A DNA stretch of 36,820 nucleotides from Desulfurococcaceae archaeon (GTDB taxonomy: Archaea; Thermoproteota; Thermoprotei_A; Sulfolobales; Desulfurococcaceae), in the NCBI GenBank assembly GCA_038816475.1, contig JAWBAI010000011.1:1880-38699 (forward strand), given 5' to 3'. Shown here piece after piece: positions 17,411 through 28,164 of this stretch. A program made the translations under genes and the position numbers. A model generated the notes under the pieces. It was not told the DNA's origin. It saw only the letters and a list, made by a program, of their open reading frames with translations, and searched no databases. Every line of letters starts with the position of its first letter. The stretch's first letter is position 1.

Positions 17411-18884
17411 GAACAACATAGGATAACATCTCGTTATCCTCCGATTCAAGCTTGAAGGAAACTATCCCCCAGTACCCTGAGAGCTCGATTCTGTTGATTC
17501 CCTCGTTCACCAAGTAAGTGTTCTTTTCTATGAGCTTAGGCGGTAAACCTGCATCGTAGTGCGATACCGTTAGCTTATTGCTTTTGCTAGCTTTCAAAAC
17601 CAGTAGTGGTTCTCTGTAGCCAAATAATGGTATACCACCGAACGCCGAGCTTCCAACAGCCCACCCATAGACCCTGAACAGGGCTTCGGGGCTTCTGGAC
17701 GAAAGCAGTTCGGATTCCCTAACAACACCTATGTACCTTCTACCTGTATCCACTGGTGTTGCATCTGCTCCTCCAAGGTTTGGATCCGTGTTGTATCCTA
17801 GGAGAATTTCTCCGTTCCTATAGGCTAAGCTCGTTATCCTCGCACCCGCTACGTGAACTATTCTTGCTAGCGGTGGGGTAATGTAAACGAGAACGCTGGG
17901 ACCAGCAACTGTTTTAGCGTACTTTGAAGCCTGCTCCTCGAAGGGGTTCCTCGGGTGAACAACACCGTGAACCATAGAGCTGAAGGCGGCTAGTATTCCA
18001 CCGCCCACGGGTAGAACACCGGACCTCTGCGGTGAGTACTGAACTGGCCCGAAGTCGAATAGCCTTACAAAAGCAAGTTCCTCGTACTCGGGTTCCACGG
18101 GGTTTCCAACGATGATGCCTCCTCTGAAGAAGTGGTAGTACCTAGAGTAGGATGATACTGCGTAACCACTCCACCTGTACTCTACTCCGTACTCGTCCAC
18201 CGAGATCTTACTCCACGACTCAACAGTATACTTGATAACTCTGCTTCTCTCAACCAGGTCTATGCATTGTACACCGTCAATACCCTTAAACCAGTACGGT
18301 TGCATATCGAAGCACGCGTAGTCAAGGAACAGCGAGCCCTTCAAACTGGGGACTTCGCTTAAGCGTTCGGCTTTTCCACCTTTCCGTGGAAGCTCGTATA
18401 TACCGAGGTTTCTGTGGCCATCAGCTCTAGCTAAGAGAAGCCTGTCGTTCACGGGGTCGTAAACTATCTGCGATACTTCGCCAGCCCATTCGTACTCGTG
18501 GTGTATGCTATCACTCCACAGTAGCTTAACTGATCGCTCCTCTACGTTATAAACGTGCACATGGCTGTACTTGTTCCTAAAGTCTATTTCACCTCCTTTC
18601 CCAACTCTTCCTTTGTGAACAGCTGGATTGTGAACCCAACCCCCGAAGAATACCTCGTTGTCTACAGCGTCTACGGCACCATAGGTATCACCACCAGACG
18701 CTGGACCTGGACCTAGGTGCTGGTAGTTGTACTCGTGAACGTAGCCATCGTCGTGTATGAAGAAGGATCTAGCTTCCATTGCGAGCGTGTAGTATAGTAC
18801 ACCTCTGTAGTAAGTTAATCCAAATATTCCTCCACTACCCCACTCAGGCCCGTACCTTGGATTATGGATGTAGAGTCCGCACAT
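17403..18884 (-). CDS. Conserved archaeal uncharacterised protein (DUF2139-like, probable beta-propeller)
   Basis: PRYGPEWGSGGIFGL and GGDTY...FFGGWVH motifs recognised from memory. Confidence 0.7.
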   Translation of the reverse strand: MCGLYIHNPRYGPEWGSGGIFGLTYYRGVLYYTLAMEARSFFIHDDGYVHEYNYQHLGPGPASGGDTYGAVDAVDNEVFFGGWVHNPAVHKGRVGKGGEIDFRNKYSHVHVYNVEERSVKLLWSDSIHHEYEWAGEVSQIVYDPVNDRLLLARADGHRNLGIYELPRKGGKAERLSEVPSLKGSLFLDYACFDMQPYWFKGIDGVQCIDLVERSRVIKYTVESWSKISVDEYGVEYRWSGYAVSSYSRYYHFFRGGIIVGNPVEPEYEELAFVRLFDFGPVQYSPQRSGVLPVGGGILAAFSSMVHGVVHPRNPFEEQASKYAKTVAGPSVLVYITPPLARIVHVAGARITSLAYRNGEILLGYNTDPNLGGADATPVDTGRRYIGVVRESELLSSRSPEALFRVYGWAVGSSAFGGIPLFGYREPLLVLKASKSNKLTVSHYDAGLPPKLIEKNTYLVNEGINRIELSGYWGIVSFKLESEDNEMLSYVVLR

Positions 18885-18962
18885 TGGTTTATCCCAGCTA
18901 CTATGCTGACATGACCTATGTGAACTATGGTTAAAACACGGTTAATTTGATGAAAGCCCGTA

Positions 18963-19811
18963 TTACTCCGGGTAAAGTACTCCTATTTTCAGTAGTCCTT
19001 CGATGAAACGCGCGTTTACAAGTCGTGTTGATACTCCTCTGGCTTTAAGCCTTTTGTCGAGCTCGGAGACCTCATTCTCGAGCTTGTAGACATCTGATGC
19101 TACTATGAAGTTCACGTTCAATCCGAAGCTTGGAACCCAGAACCAGTACTCTGAAACGTTCTTAAAGCACGATTTTACGCTTTCGAGAACGTACTTGTAC
19201 TCCGATGGATAGAAGTAGCTACTACCAGCCTGTGTAGCAACAACACCATCGGGTTTAAGTATCCGCTTCACCTCTTTAAAGGCCTCAGGACTGTAGAGCG
19301 GTTTCGCTATCTCACTGGCGTACGGATCAGTCAAATCCATGATAACCACGTCGAAGAAGCCGCTTGGAGCCTGCTTAATGTAGTCTTTACCATCCATTAT
19401 CACAACACGAGCCCTTGGGTCCGAGAAGCTACCCTTGTGCATGTGCTCTAGGTACTTCTTTGAGAACTCAACTACGACAGGGTCTATGTCAACCATAACA
19501 GCCTCCTTTACCGTGTTGTGTTTTAGAACTTCGCGAAGAGTAGCCCCTTCGCCTCCTCCAAGTACTAGAACTCTCTCGGGATGCAGATGCATAGCCATGG
19601 CTGGATGCACCAGTAGCTCGTGGTATATGTACTCGTCTTTCTCCGTGCTCTGCACGAACTTGTCGAGAAGTAGTGATCTACCGAAGCCCTCTATCTCCGC
19701 GAGAACAACCTCCTGGTATGGGGACTGCTCAAGCGCGTAGACCCTCTGAACCTTGAAGAGCAACCTCATGTACCGACCAGCTGGTTCTACTATGTATAAT
19801 CCCTCAACCAT
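18963..19811 (-). CDS. speE: Polyamine aminopropyltransferase
   Basis: SPYQ, YHELLVHP, VLVLGGGEGATLREV, VDID, DVVIMDLTDP. Confidence 0.95.
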   Translation of the reverse strand: MVEGLYIVEPAGRYMRLLFKVQRVYALEQSPYQEVVLAEIEGFGRSLLLDKFVQSTEKDEYIYHELLVHPAMAMHLHPERVLVLGGGEGATLREVLKHNTVKEAVMVDIDPVVVEFSKKYLEHMHKGSFSDPRARVVIMDGKDYIKQAPSGFFDVVIMDLTDPYASEIAKPLYSPEAFKEVKRILKPDGVVATQAGSSYFYPSEYKYVLESVKSCFKNVSEYWFWVPSFGLNVNFIVASDVYKLENEVSELDKRLKARGVSTRLVNARFIEGLLKIGVLYPE

Positions 19812-20538
19812 AGTGAATCCCCCGCTCCTTCAATCTTATAAACTCTTCTACTATTTTATCACCACTACTGGTTCCAATTCTACTTGCACCAGCAGAGATC
19901 ATTGCAAGAGCATCGAGAGCATGCCTTATTCCACCGGAGGCTTTAACCTTGACTCTGCCTCTCCCTGCACTATAGAGCAGAGCTACGTCGTGCACCGTTG
20001 CAACACCCCCTAGGAAACCGGTACATGTTTTCACGAAGTCAGCACCGCTGTCAGCTACGATCTCGGTAGCTTTGACCTTCTCCATGTCATTCAGCAAACC
20101 GGTTTCAATAATCACCTTGACAACTCCTACACCGTGCTTCTTAGCTGCTTCAACAACAGCTCTAATGTCCTTCGCGACAAGCTCGAAGTCGCCTGATTTA
20201 AACGCATTTATGTTCATAACCATGTCGATTTCGCTAACACCAAGCTCAGCCGCTTCAACAGCCTCCATGGTCTTCACTCTCGTGGACGTGTTCCCCAGGG
20301 GAAACCCGACCACGACACCAATCTCTATTGATCTTCCTGCTATCTCTCGGGCTTTTTCAACTAGTGAGAGAGGGATCATCAGTAGCTTAAACGAGTACTT
20401 TTTGGTGTCCTCGATGTACTTCTCTAGTAGCTTGTAGTCAGCGTCGGGTTTAAGAAGCGTGTGGTCTATAATGCCTGCGAGTTCTCTAACACTCATCTTC
20501 TCAACGATTTCCCTGAAGTTGAGCACCGGGTTCACCAT
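19804..20538 (-). CDS. deoC: Deoxyribose-phosphate aldolase
   Basis: IDHTLLKP, VGFPLG, EIDMV, KVIIET, DFVKTCTGF, KASGGIR, RIGTS. Confidence 0.95.
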   Translation of the reverse strand: MVNPVLNFREIVEKMSVRELAGIIDHTLLKPDADYKLLEKYIEDTKKYSFKLLMIPLSLVEKAREIAGRSIEIGVVVGFPLGNTSTRVKTMEAVEAAELGVSEIDMVMNINAFKSGDFELVAKDIRAVVEAAKKHGVGVVKVIIETGLLNDMEKVKATEIVADSGADFVKTCTGFLGGVATVHDVALLYSAGRGRVKVKASGGIRHALDALAMISAGASRIGTSSGDKIVEEFIRLKERGIHYG

Positions 20539-20719
20539 TTAGTGAACAGTGCTGGAGAGGTTAAAATGTGAATTCAACAGAAATCCAGGGTATCATTGCG
20601 TGAAACGCGGTGTTCATATAAAGGTGAGAACGCTGTTTCTAATCCACTTAGACGTGTTTAAACGTCTTGTGCCAATGGGGAATTGAGAGAAAAAGTAGTA
20701 AAGGGTTGTTACGCGTGTG

Positions 20720-21142
20720 TTACTTCTTAGTTCTTATTTTCTCTGCGTACTGCTCTGGTGTTAGGAGTTTCTCGTACTCTGAGGGATCGGAGGGTTCTAT
20801 TACAATTATCCAGCCTGCACCGTAGGGGTCTCTATTTACGAGTTCTGGGGACTTCTCCAGTTCCCTGTTGACGTCTACTATCCTGCCGGAGACGGGGGCG
20901 TAGTAGGGTGATGTTGCCTTAACCGAGTCTATCATCCCGATCTCTTCACCTTTTTTAACGATTCTACCTATCTCCGGTAGCTCCACGGCTACAACGTCTT
21001 TCAACTCCTTTTGAGCGTAGTCTGTTATACCAACTCTTACTCTGCCGTTTTCTCTGAGAGCCCATTCATCAGTCTCCGTGTACCTTCTGTCAACTCTAAC
21101 AACGTACTTTTTCCCCTTTGCTTCGACCACAATCTCGCTCAT
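20720..21142 (-). CDS. gcvH: Glycine cleavage system H protein
   Basis: VGITDYAQ, lipoyl-Lys motif DSVKA, APVSG, VNRDPYGAGW; ATG at 21142 after GAGGTG. Confidence 0.95.
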   Translation of the reverse strand: MSEIVVEAKGKKYVVRVDRRYTETDEWALRENGRVRVGITDYAQKELKDVVAVELPEIGRIVKKGEEIGMIDSVKATSPYYAPVSGRIVDVNRELEKSPELVNRDPYGAGWIIVIEPSDPSEYEKLLTPEQYAEKIRTKK

Positions 21143-21201
21143 TAACAGCACCTCTTTAGAACTAGAATACTCAGTATTGTATATAAGTGTTTTTCAGCAG
21201 A

Positions 21202-22542
21202 CTACTCCTCAGCGTGAAGCATTAGCTTTAATAGCTTTACTTCATCCTCCCTTGTGATCTTGAATCCGTATTGCACTTCTAGGAAGTCTTTTCTGAACTC
21301 TATAACCTTCCTGCGCACTTCTGCAGGGTCTCTCTTGTCTATCAATACCATTCTCATGAATCTTGCTATCTCCTTCATTTCCTCTTCTCTCATACCCCAT
21401 CTCGTTAACTCCTGAGTCCCCAGTCTTAGTCCACTTGGATCCTTAACATCCTCTGGTCTATCGAAGGGTAGCATGTTCTTGTTCACAATAATGTTCGCCT
21501 CCTCGAGTAGCGTGGCGCACTTGGTTCCTCTACCGAGGTCTCTCACGTCAACTGCAACCTGGTGACTCGACGTGTAACCGAGGTGCTCTAATGCTACCTT
21601 AAAGCCCTCCGCAGAAAGGGCTTCCGCGAGCGCTTTAGCATTTCTAACTATCTGCTGAGCGTAGTCTCTACCCCATATTTTCATCTCAATAGCTGTAACA
21701 GCGGTAGCTGCTAACCTATGGAGGTGATGGTTGGAAACGAACATCGGGAAAACCACTTTACCAATCTCCTTGTAGTCCTCCTCTGTTACGGTTGCTATGA
21801 GACCACCCTGTGGACCTGGGAATGTCTTATGGGTTGATGATGTAATTAGGTCTGCTCCGAGCTTCAACGGGTTCTCCCATACTCCTCCGACGATTAAGCC
21901 AAGCACGTGTGCTACATCGTGTATAACCTTTGCTCCAACAGTGTGAGCTACTTCAGCGATCTCCTTTGTTGGATGTGGGAACATGTACAAGGATCCTCCA
22001 AGAGTAACTATCTTTGGTTTAACCTCTAGGATAAGCTTTGTAGCTTTGTCCACGTCTATGTTCCAGTTCTCGAGATCCACCGGCATCTCGATCTGCTCTA
22101 TTCCGAGAGCCCCCAGTGTTCCAAACCTCGTGTGACTAACGTGAGCTCCGGCCTGCACTGGTGCTACAACAGCCTTATCTCCAGGCTTAGCGAAGGCCCT
22201 GAAAGCCGTAGCATTCGCTGTTGTCCCACTAATAGCTCTCAGCTCCACGTATTCTGTCCCCAGAAGCTCACCCATGATTTTTTGTGTCTTAACCTCGAGT
22301 TGATCAAAGATCTTGAGTCCCTGGTAAAACCTCTTAAAAGGCTTACCCTCAGCATACCTGTGCATCGAGTCGTTCAGGTAGAGTAGCATGGCTAAGGGAG
22401 ACATGACATTCTCGCTGGCGATCATGTTTATACAATGTCTTTTACGCCAGACCGTGTGGTTCACCGTCAGCTCAACAACTTCCCTTAGGTCAGGGTATAG
22501 GGACATTAGGGTATCCAAGCCGGGGGATTCACCATACTCCAA
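21202..22542 (-). CDS. glyA: Serine hydroxymethyltransferase (archaeal type)
   Basis: IASEN, YAEG, AHVSH, DVAH, PLP site [20 protein letters not shown]. Confidence 0.96.
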   Translation of the reverse strand: MEYGESPGLDTLMSLYPDLREVVELTVNHTVWRKRHCINMIASENVMSPLAMLLYLNDSMHRYAEGKPFKRFYQGLKIFDQLEVKTQKIMGELLGTEYVELRAISGTTANATAFRAFAKPGDKAVVAPVQAGAHVSHTRFGTLGALGIEQIEMPVDLENWNIDVDKATKLILEVKPKIVTLGGSLYMFPHPTKEIAEVAHTVGAKVIHDVAHVLGLIVGGVWENPLKLGADLITSSTHKTFPGPQGGLIATVTEEDYKEIGKVVFPMFVSNHHLHRLAATAVTAIEMKIWGRDYAQQIVRNAKALAEALSAEGFKVALEHLGYTSSHQVAVDVRDLGRGTKCATLLEEANIIVNKNMLPFDRPEDVKDPSGLRLGTQELTRWGMREEEMKEIARFMRMVLIDKRDPAEVRRKVIEFRKDFLEVQYGFKITREDEVKLLKLMLHAEE

Positions 22543-22604
22543 ATCAGCTCACCCAAATACGACTTAGTGGAAGGTAGCATAAATATAGCTATTATTCAAC
22601 TGAA

Positions 22605-23717
22605 CTACTTTTCGATGAACGGAAAGTCCACTATCTTAGCTGAGTACCTTTTGCCTCTTATGTCGACCTCTACCTCCTCTCCGAACAACGCGTACCTGGT
22701 GTCCAAGTACGCCATGGCTATGCCTCTGTTCAGCACCGGTGAATAGCAACCACTTGTAACCCATCCAACGTAAATGTCTTCAACGTATACGCTTGATCCC
22801 TCTCTTGGGAACAATCTGCCGGCTTCCTTCCCCATTTTTAAGCCGACTCTAACCCAGCGAACACCATCTCTTCTGCAGGCTCTAAGAGCCTCTTCGCCTA
22901 CAAACCCTTTCTTCCCCCAGGTTATAGCACCCATGCCGTATCTCAACGATAGTGCGCACGGAAACTTTACCGGGTCTTCACCATACTCGTGACCACCGAG
23001 CACGAACCCCATTTCTATTCTGAGAGTATCCCTCGCTATGATACCTGCTGGTTTAACCCCCTTTGAGACAAGGAGATCAACGAGCTTCCTGATCTCGGAG
23101 TGACGTCCCCAGACCTCGAAGCCGTCTTCACCAGTCCATCCACTACGGCTAATCAAGAACACCTCGATGTCTCCAAGCTTCTCCTTCAGCCTGAACTCCA
23201 GAGGTTTGAGATCAGTAGCCCACTTAGCACCTAACGCCTCTAGAACCTCGGGTGATCTTGGTCCTTGAATCGCTAGCATGGAGTAGTCAAAGGTTAAGTC
23301 CACGACCTCGACTTTGAAGCCTTTCTCCGATATTACCCGGTTAATGTAGCTGATCATTCCTTCTCTCGCGAGAGCGTTGGGGACAAGAAGCCACTCTTCG
23401 TCCGTGATTCTGTAGAGCATTTCATCGTCCTTAACGCGCGCCAGCTCGTTCAGTGCCAGTGTAGGACCACTCATAAAGCCCTGCTTAGTTCTTGAAAGGT
23501 CCTTTGTGTACAAGTATTGTACTAGTGGAATAACGTCGGGTCCTCTCAGCAGGATCCTACCCATGTGGGACACATCGAAGAACGCAACGTTGGTTCTAAC
23601 TTCCATGTGCTCCTCTATTGCGCTTGTAAACCTCATTGGGACTTCCCAGTCACCAAATAAACCAGTTTCAGCACCAAGCTTCTCAACGTAGTAATCTAGT
23701 AGGGGTATACGAGGCAT
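22605..23717 (-). CDS. gcvT: Glycine cleavage system T protein (aminomethyltransferase)
   Basis: FFDVSHMG, AIQGP, SRSGWTGEDGFE, RDTLRIEMG, VTSGCYSP. Confidence 0.96.
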   Translation of the reverse strand: MPRIPLLDYYVEKLGAETGLFGDWEVPMRFTSAIEEHMEVRTNVAFFDVSHMGRILLRGPDVIPLVQYLYTKDLSRTKQGFMSGPTLALNELARVKDDEMLYRITDEEWLLVPNALAREGMISYINRVISEKGFKVEVVDLTFDYSMLAIQGPRSPEVLEALGAKWATDLKPLEFRLKEKLGDIEVFLISRSGWTGEDGFEVWGRHSEIRKLVDLLVSKGVKPAGIIARDTLRIEMGFVLGGHEYGEDPVKFPCALSLRYGMGAITWGKKGFVGEEALRACRRDGVRWVRVGLKMGKEAGRLFPREGSSVYVEDIYVGWVTSGCYSPVLNRGIAMAYLDTRYALFGEEVEVDIRGKRYSAKIVDFPFIEK

Positions 23718-23800
23718 ACTCTACACCAGTGCCATGAAAATTACGAGGTACGAGAATATATTTTTGATGTTCTCCCTATAATACAGTACGGTGGTTTGAA

Positions 23801-25207
23801 CTGCGACCCCACCCTTGGATTCCAAGCAGTACGCAGGAGTCCCTGGAAAAGATCATGAAAACTATCGGTATCACCAGCGTAGAAGAACTGTTCAGCGACA
23901 TACCCAGCAACATAAGACTTACACGCGAGGTGTGGGAAAACCTTGAGATCGGAGTTGGAAGACCCGTTTCTGAAGTGGAAGCTCGAAGAATAGTGGAGAA
24001 GAAGCTAGAGAAGAACGTTAAGCTCAAAGTACCTCCATTCATGGGTGGTGGAGTCTACCCACACTACGTTCCACCGCTGGTAACCTACATAATTTCACGC
24101 GGTGAGTTCCTCACAGCTTACACACCCTACCAGGCTGAGATATCGCAGGGTCTTATGCAAGCGCTCTTCGAGTATCAGAGCTTAATGGCTGAGCTACTTG
24201 AAATGGATGTTGTCAACGCGTCAATGTACGACATGGGCTCTGCAGCTGCTGAGGCTGTTCTAATGGCTCTCAGAGTAAACAGAGGTAGATCCAAGGTTGT
24301 ACTACCGGCAAACATGAACCCGTTACACAGGAAGGTTGTAGAAACGTACACTTGGCCTCTAGGAGTAAAGCTGGTCACCGTACCCTACGATCGTGAGTGG
24401 GGGTTTGTAGACCTAGAGGAGCTCAAGAAGCTCGTAGACGAGGATACAGCAGCTGTATACGTTCAGTACCCAAACTTCTTCGGTGTACTTGAACCCCATG
24501 TAAAAGCTGTTGGTGAAATAGCTCACGACAAGAAAGCACTTCTAATCACCGGGGTATACCCGGTAGCATTAGGCTTGGTTAAGTCACCTGGTGAGGTAGG
24601 TGCTGACATTGCAGTAGCTGAAGGGCAACCCCTGGGCATCGGGCTGAACTACGGTGGACCCTATCTTGGTGTTTTCGCAACGAGATTCGATATGAACCTA
24701 GTGAGGCAAATGCCAGGTAGAATCATAGGTCTCACGGTATCAAAAACCGGTGAAAGATCTTTCGCAATGATACTACAAACCAGAGAACAGCACATTAGAA
24801 GGGAGAAAGCCACCTCGAACATATGTACCAACGAGGCTCTCATGGCCATAGCAGCGGCAGTATATCTCTCGATGCTCGGCAAGAACGGGGTTGTCAAACT
24901 AGCCGAGGTAAACTACTACAGAGCACACTACGCGTGGATCAAGCTAAAGAAAGCCGGCTTCAACGTTGAGGTGTTCAAGGGAGAGTTCTTCAACGAGTTC
25001 CCCGTATCCTTCAATGAAAAAGGCCTAAGGTACCAGTACATACACGATGAGTTGTTGAAGCGTAGAATACACGGAGGACTCTACATTGGAGACTACTACC
25101 CGGAGCTAGGAGAGACGGCGCTCTATGCGTTCACAGAGCTTCACTTCAAAGAGGACATAGATGAGCTCGTTGATGCTCTCGTGGAGATCACCTCGAAGAG
25201 GTGGTGA
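23801..25207 (+). CDS. gcvPA: Glycine dehydrogenase subunit 1 (probable CTG start)
   Basis: EFLTAYTPYQAEISQG, NASMYD, QTREQHIRREKATSNICTN. The conserved HPWIP N-terminus lies upstream of ATG 23855 and is reachable only from CTG 23801. Confidence 0.93.
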   Translation: MRPHPWIPSSTQESLEKIMKTIGITSVEELFSDIPSNIRLTREVWENLEIGVGRPVSEVEARRIVEKKLEKNVKLKVPPFMGGGVYPHYVPPLVTYIISRGEFLTAYTPYQAEISQGLMQALFEYQSLMAELLEMDVVNASMYDMGSAAAEAVLMALRVNRGRSKVVLPANMNPLHRKVVETYTWPLGVKLVTVPYDREWGFVDLEELKKLVDEDTAAVYVQYPNFFGVLEPHVKAVGEIAHDKKALLITGVYPVALGLVKSPGEVGADIAVAEGQPLGIGLNYGGPYLGVFATRFDMNLVRQMPGRIIGLTVSKTGERSFAMILQTREQHIRREKATSNICTNEALMAIAAAVYLSMLGKNGVVKLAEVNYYRAHYAWIKLKKAGFNVEVFKGEFFNEFPVSFNEKGLRYQYIHDELLKRRIHGGLYIGDYYPELGETALYAFTELHFKEDIDELVDALVEITSKRW

Positions 25208-25209
25208 GG

Positions 25210-26766
25210 ATGTATAGGCAGGCTAGGCTCAATGAACCACTCGTGTTCGAGCTGGGAGCCCCCGGTCGAGTAGGCATATCCCTGCCGGATGTTGAGGAAG
25301 CCGTTAGAGAAGCCGTGGGTGAGATGAGAATACCAGAGTCCATTAGGAGGACGAGTCCACCTAACCTTCCAGAGCTCAGCGAAGTTGAAGTATTAAGGCA
25401 CTTTACCAGGTTGACGGAGATGTCCTACGGTGTCGACAATGGACCGGTTCCTCTTGGATCGTGCACAATGAAGTACAATCCAAGAATAGCCTGGAGCATA
25501 GCGTTCGATAGCAGAATATCGCAGTTGCATCCGTTGCAAGACGAGAGAACGATTCAAGGTTTGCTTGAGATGATGTACGAGCTTCAGATGTGGCTTGCAA
25601 ACATCATCGGCATGGACATCTGCACACTGCATCCAGCTGCAGGAGCTCACGGTGAACTAACCGGTGTTCTCATAATAAGGAAGTACCACGAACTCAGAAA
25701 CCAGCTGAGTAGAAAAACGGAGATTGTGATCCCCGACAGTGCTCACGGAACAAACCCTGCTAGTGCTGCTATGGCTGGTTTTAAAGTAGTTGAAGTACCA
25801 TCCGGACCCGATGGAAACATCGACATGGATGCCTTGAAGGCCGTTGTAGGAGAGCAGACGGCTGGTCTAATGATCACGAACCCGAGCACTCTTGGCCTCT
25901 TCGAGGAGAACATACTTGAGATAGCTGAGCTGTTCCACAGGTATGATGCTCTACTCTACTACGATGGTGCAAACCTCAACGGTATAATGGGCTACGCGAG
26001 ACCTGGTGACATGGGCTTCGACATAGCACATATAAACATACACAAAACCTTCGGCTCACCGCACGGAGGCGGAGGACCCGGGGCTGGTCCTATTTGCATT
26101 AAGAACAGGCCAGTAGACCCGGAAAAAGGCATCTGGTTGAAGGACCTTATCCCAGGATACCTGGTGGTTTACGATGAGGAGAAGGGGCTTTACAGGGTTA
26201 AAGGCCCTGGACCCTGCAGCCCGGGTTTACTCAAAGCGTTCTTCGCTAACACGATACCACTAGTCTGGGCGTACGTATACATACTCATGATGGGTCCACA
26301 GGGCCTGAGAGCAGTCACAGAGCACGCTGTTCTAATAACCAACTACTTCGTAAAGCTCGTAGAAGGAATTCGAGGCTTTGAAATACCCTACGGCAAAGGA
26401 AGGTTCAGAAAGCACGAGGTAGTTTTAAGCGCTAAGCCCATGGCTGATGAAACGGGTGTTACAGCGGAGGATGTAGCCAAGGGGCTACTCGACGCTGGCT
26501 ACTACGCACCCACGATGTACTTCCCGCTCATTGTTAAAGAAGCTCTCCAAACCGAGTTTACCGAGACTGAAACACCGGAGAACGTTGAGAAGTACGCTGA
26601 GAGGTTGAAGGAGATAAGTAACATCGCTTACAGTAATCCAAGTGAAGCTAAGCAATGGCCAGTGAACACCAGTGTCTCCAGGGTTGACGTTGTCAGAGCC
26701 AATCACCCGAGGTATGTGACCCCAACGTGGAGAGTTCATGTTAGAAGAATGAAGGGTGAGTTGTAG
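25210..26766 (+). CDS. gcvPB: Glycine dehydrogenase subunit 2
   Basis: PLGSCTMKYNP, PDSAHGTNPASA, YDGANLN, PLP Lys in NIHKTFGSPHGGGGPG. Confidence 0.96.
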   Translation: MYRQARLNEPLVFELGAPGRVGISLPDVEEAVREAVGEMRIPESIRRTSPPNLPELSEVEVLRHFTRLTEMSYGVDNGPVPLGSCTMKYNPRIAWSIAFDSRISQLHPLQDERTIQGLLEMMYELQMWLANIIGMDICTLHPAAGAHGELTGVLIIRKYHELRNQLSRKTEIVIPDSAHGTNPASAAMAGFKVVEVPSGPDGNIDMDALKAVVGEQTAGLMITNPSTLGLFEENILEIAELFHRYDALLYYDGANLNGIMGYARPGDMGFDIAHINIHKTFGSPHGGGGPGAGPICIKNRPVDPEKGIWLKDLIPGYLVVYDEEKGLYRVKGPGPCSPGLLKAFFANTIPLVWAYVYILMMGPQGLRAVTEHAVLITNYFVKLVEGIRGFEIPYGKGRFRKHEVVLSAKPMADETGVTAEDVAKGLLDAGYYAPTMYFPLIVKEALQTEFTETETPENVEKYAERLKEISNIAYSNPSEAKQWPVNTSVSRVDVVRANHPRYVTPTWRVHVRRMKGEL

Positions 26767-28136
26767 TGAAGTACGATGCTGTGATCATTGGATCAGGTGT
26801 TGGAGGATACCCTGCTGCTGCGTACCTAGCTGATAGAGGTCTAAAGGTAGCAGTAGTCGAAGAACACCACCTGGGTGGAGAGTGCACGAACTATGGATGC
26901 GTACCCAGTAAAGCTCTGTACTCAATAGCGGAATCTCTCAGAGCACTCGAGAAAACGGGTGCAACTGTTGACTACAGGTGGAGTAGCATAGTAGACTGGG
27001 TTAAAGGCATTGTTAAGGATGCACGAGAAGGGGTTAAGCACCTGCTTGAAGCAAGAGATGTGAGCATTTTCCAGGGTAAAGGAGTTCTACGATCTGGAAG
27101 AAGAGTTGAAGTGAGATCAGAGAACGGAGTTAGAGAGCTAGAAGCAGAAAGCATTCTCGTAGCTGTTGGAACAGACCCTGCTGATATACCAGCTGCACGG
27201 TTCGACGGCGAAGGCGTAGTTAGCAACAGAGAAGCGCTCTACTTCAATGAAAAACCGGAGAGTGTTCTCATCGTCGGTGGTGGTGTAATAGGCGTAGAAC
27301 TAGCTAACATCTACGCTTCGTTCAAATCCGAGGTTGTTGTCGTAGAGCTTCTCGATCACATACTTCCATTCACAGATAGGGATGTTGCGCTAGCTCTTAA
27401 AACTCATCTGCAACAGCTCGGTGTTAGAGTACTCGAGAAAACAAGCGTTGTTAAAGTAGAGAAAACCAACGGTGTGTACCTAGCTGAGCTTACGAACGGT
27501 GAGAAGCTGAAAGTCGACAAGGTTGTAGTAGCTGTTGGCAGGAAGCCGAAAACAGCTGGGATAGGTCTCGAGGATGCAGGTGTAGAGCTTGATTCAAAGG
27601 GATTCGTGAGGGTTAACCAGTACATGGAGACAGCAGCGCGGGGTATATATGCATCGGGAGATTGCGTGGGTGGACCACTGCTAGCTCACAAGGCTATACT
27701 GGAGAGTCTTGTGGCAGCAAAAAGAATAGCCTCTGAGGAGGCGTTCACCTTGGACTACAAGCTGGTACCCATAACGATCTTCACGGGGCTTGAAGTAGCC
27801 TCAGTAGGTTACACCGAGAAGGAGCTCCAGAACATGGGGGTTAAGTACGTCAAGGTGAGAGTACCTCTTGCTTACCTATCATCGGTTAGGATCAAGGGGT
27901 ACAAGAACGCCTTTGTCAAAGTACTCTACGATGAGAGCTTCGAGAGAGTATACGGTGTGCACATCGTAGCACCAAACGCCTCGGAAGTGGTATCATCCTA
28001 CATTCCTCTCTACGCTGGTGTACTGAAACCAAGGGATCTCAGGAGAATACCCTATCCGCATCTAACGGTATCCGAGTCTCTGAGGGACCTAGCAGAGTAC
28101 ATTCTCGGAGAACCTGTTCACCTGATCAAGAGGTAG
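26766..28136 (+). CDS. lpdA: Dihydrolipoamide dehydrogenase (GCS L protein)
   Basis: GSGVGG FAD motif, GGECTNYGCVPSK redox disulfide, GGGVIGVE NAD motif, C-terminal HLTVSE; TAGTG overlap with gcvPB. Confidence 0.92.
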   Translation: MKYDAVIIGSGVGGYPAAAYLADRGLKVAVVEEHHLGGECTNYGCVPSKALYSIAESLRALEKTGATVDYRWSSIVDWVKGIVKDAREGVKHLLEARDVSIFQGKGVLRSGRRVEVRSENGVRELEAESILVAVGTDPADIPAARFDGEGVVSNREALYFNEKPESVLIVGGGVIGVELANIYASFKSEVVVVELLDHILPFTDRDVALALKTHLQQLGVRVLEKTSVVKVEKTNGVYLAELTNGEKLKVDKVVVAVGRKPKTAGIGLEDAGVELDSKGFVRVNQYMETAARGIYASGDCVGGPLLAHKAILESLVAAKRIASEEAFTLDYKLVPITIFTGLEVASVGYTEKELQNMGVKYVKVRVPLAYLSSVRIKGYKNAFVKVLYDESFERVYGVHIVAPNASEVVSSYIPLYAGVLKPRDLRRIPYPHLTVSESLRDLAEYILGEPVHLIKR

Positions 28137-28164
28137 TTTTAGGGGTTGAATACCCTTAGTAAGC

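Noticed and set aside
18947-18990. TTGATGA on + strand as a C/D sRNA
   Set aside because: No D boxes, and it runs antisense into speE.
20650-20667. AGACGT-6 nt-ACGTCT dyad between gcvH and deoC
   Set aside because: 6-bp arms are within chance expectation and no second copy was found.
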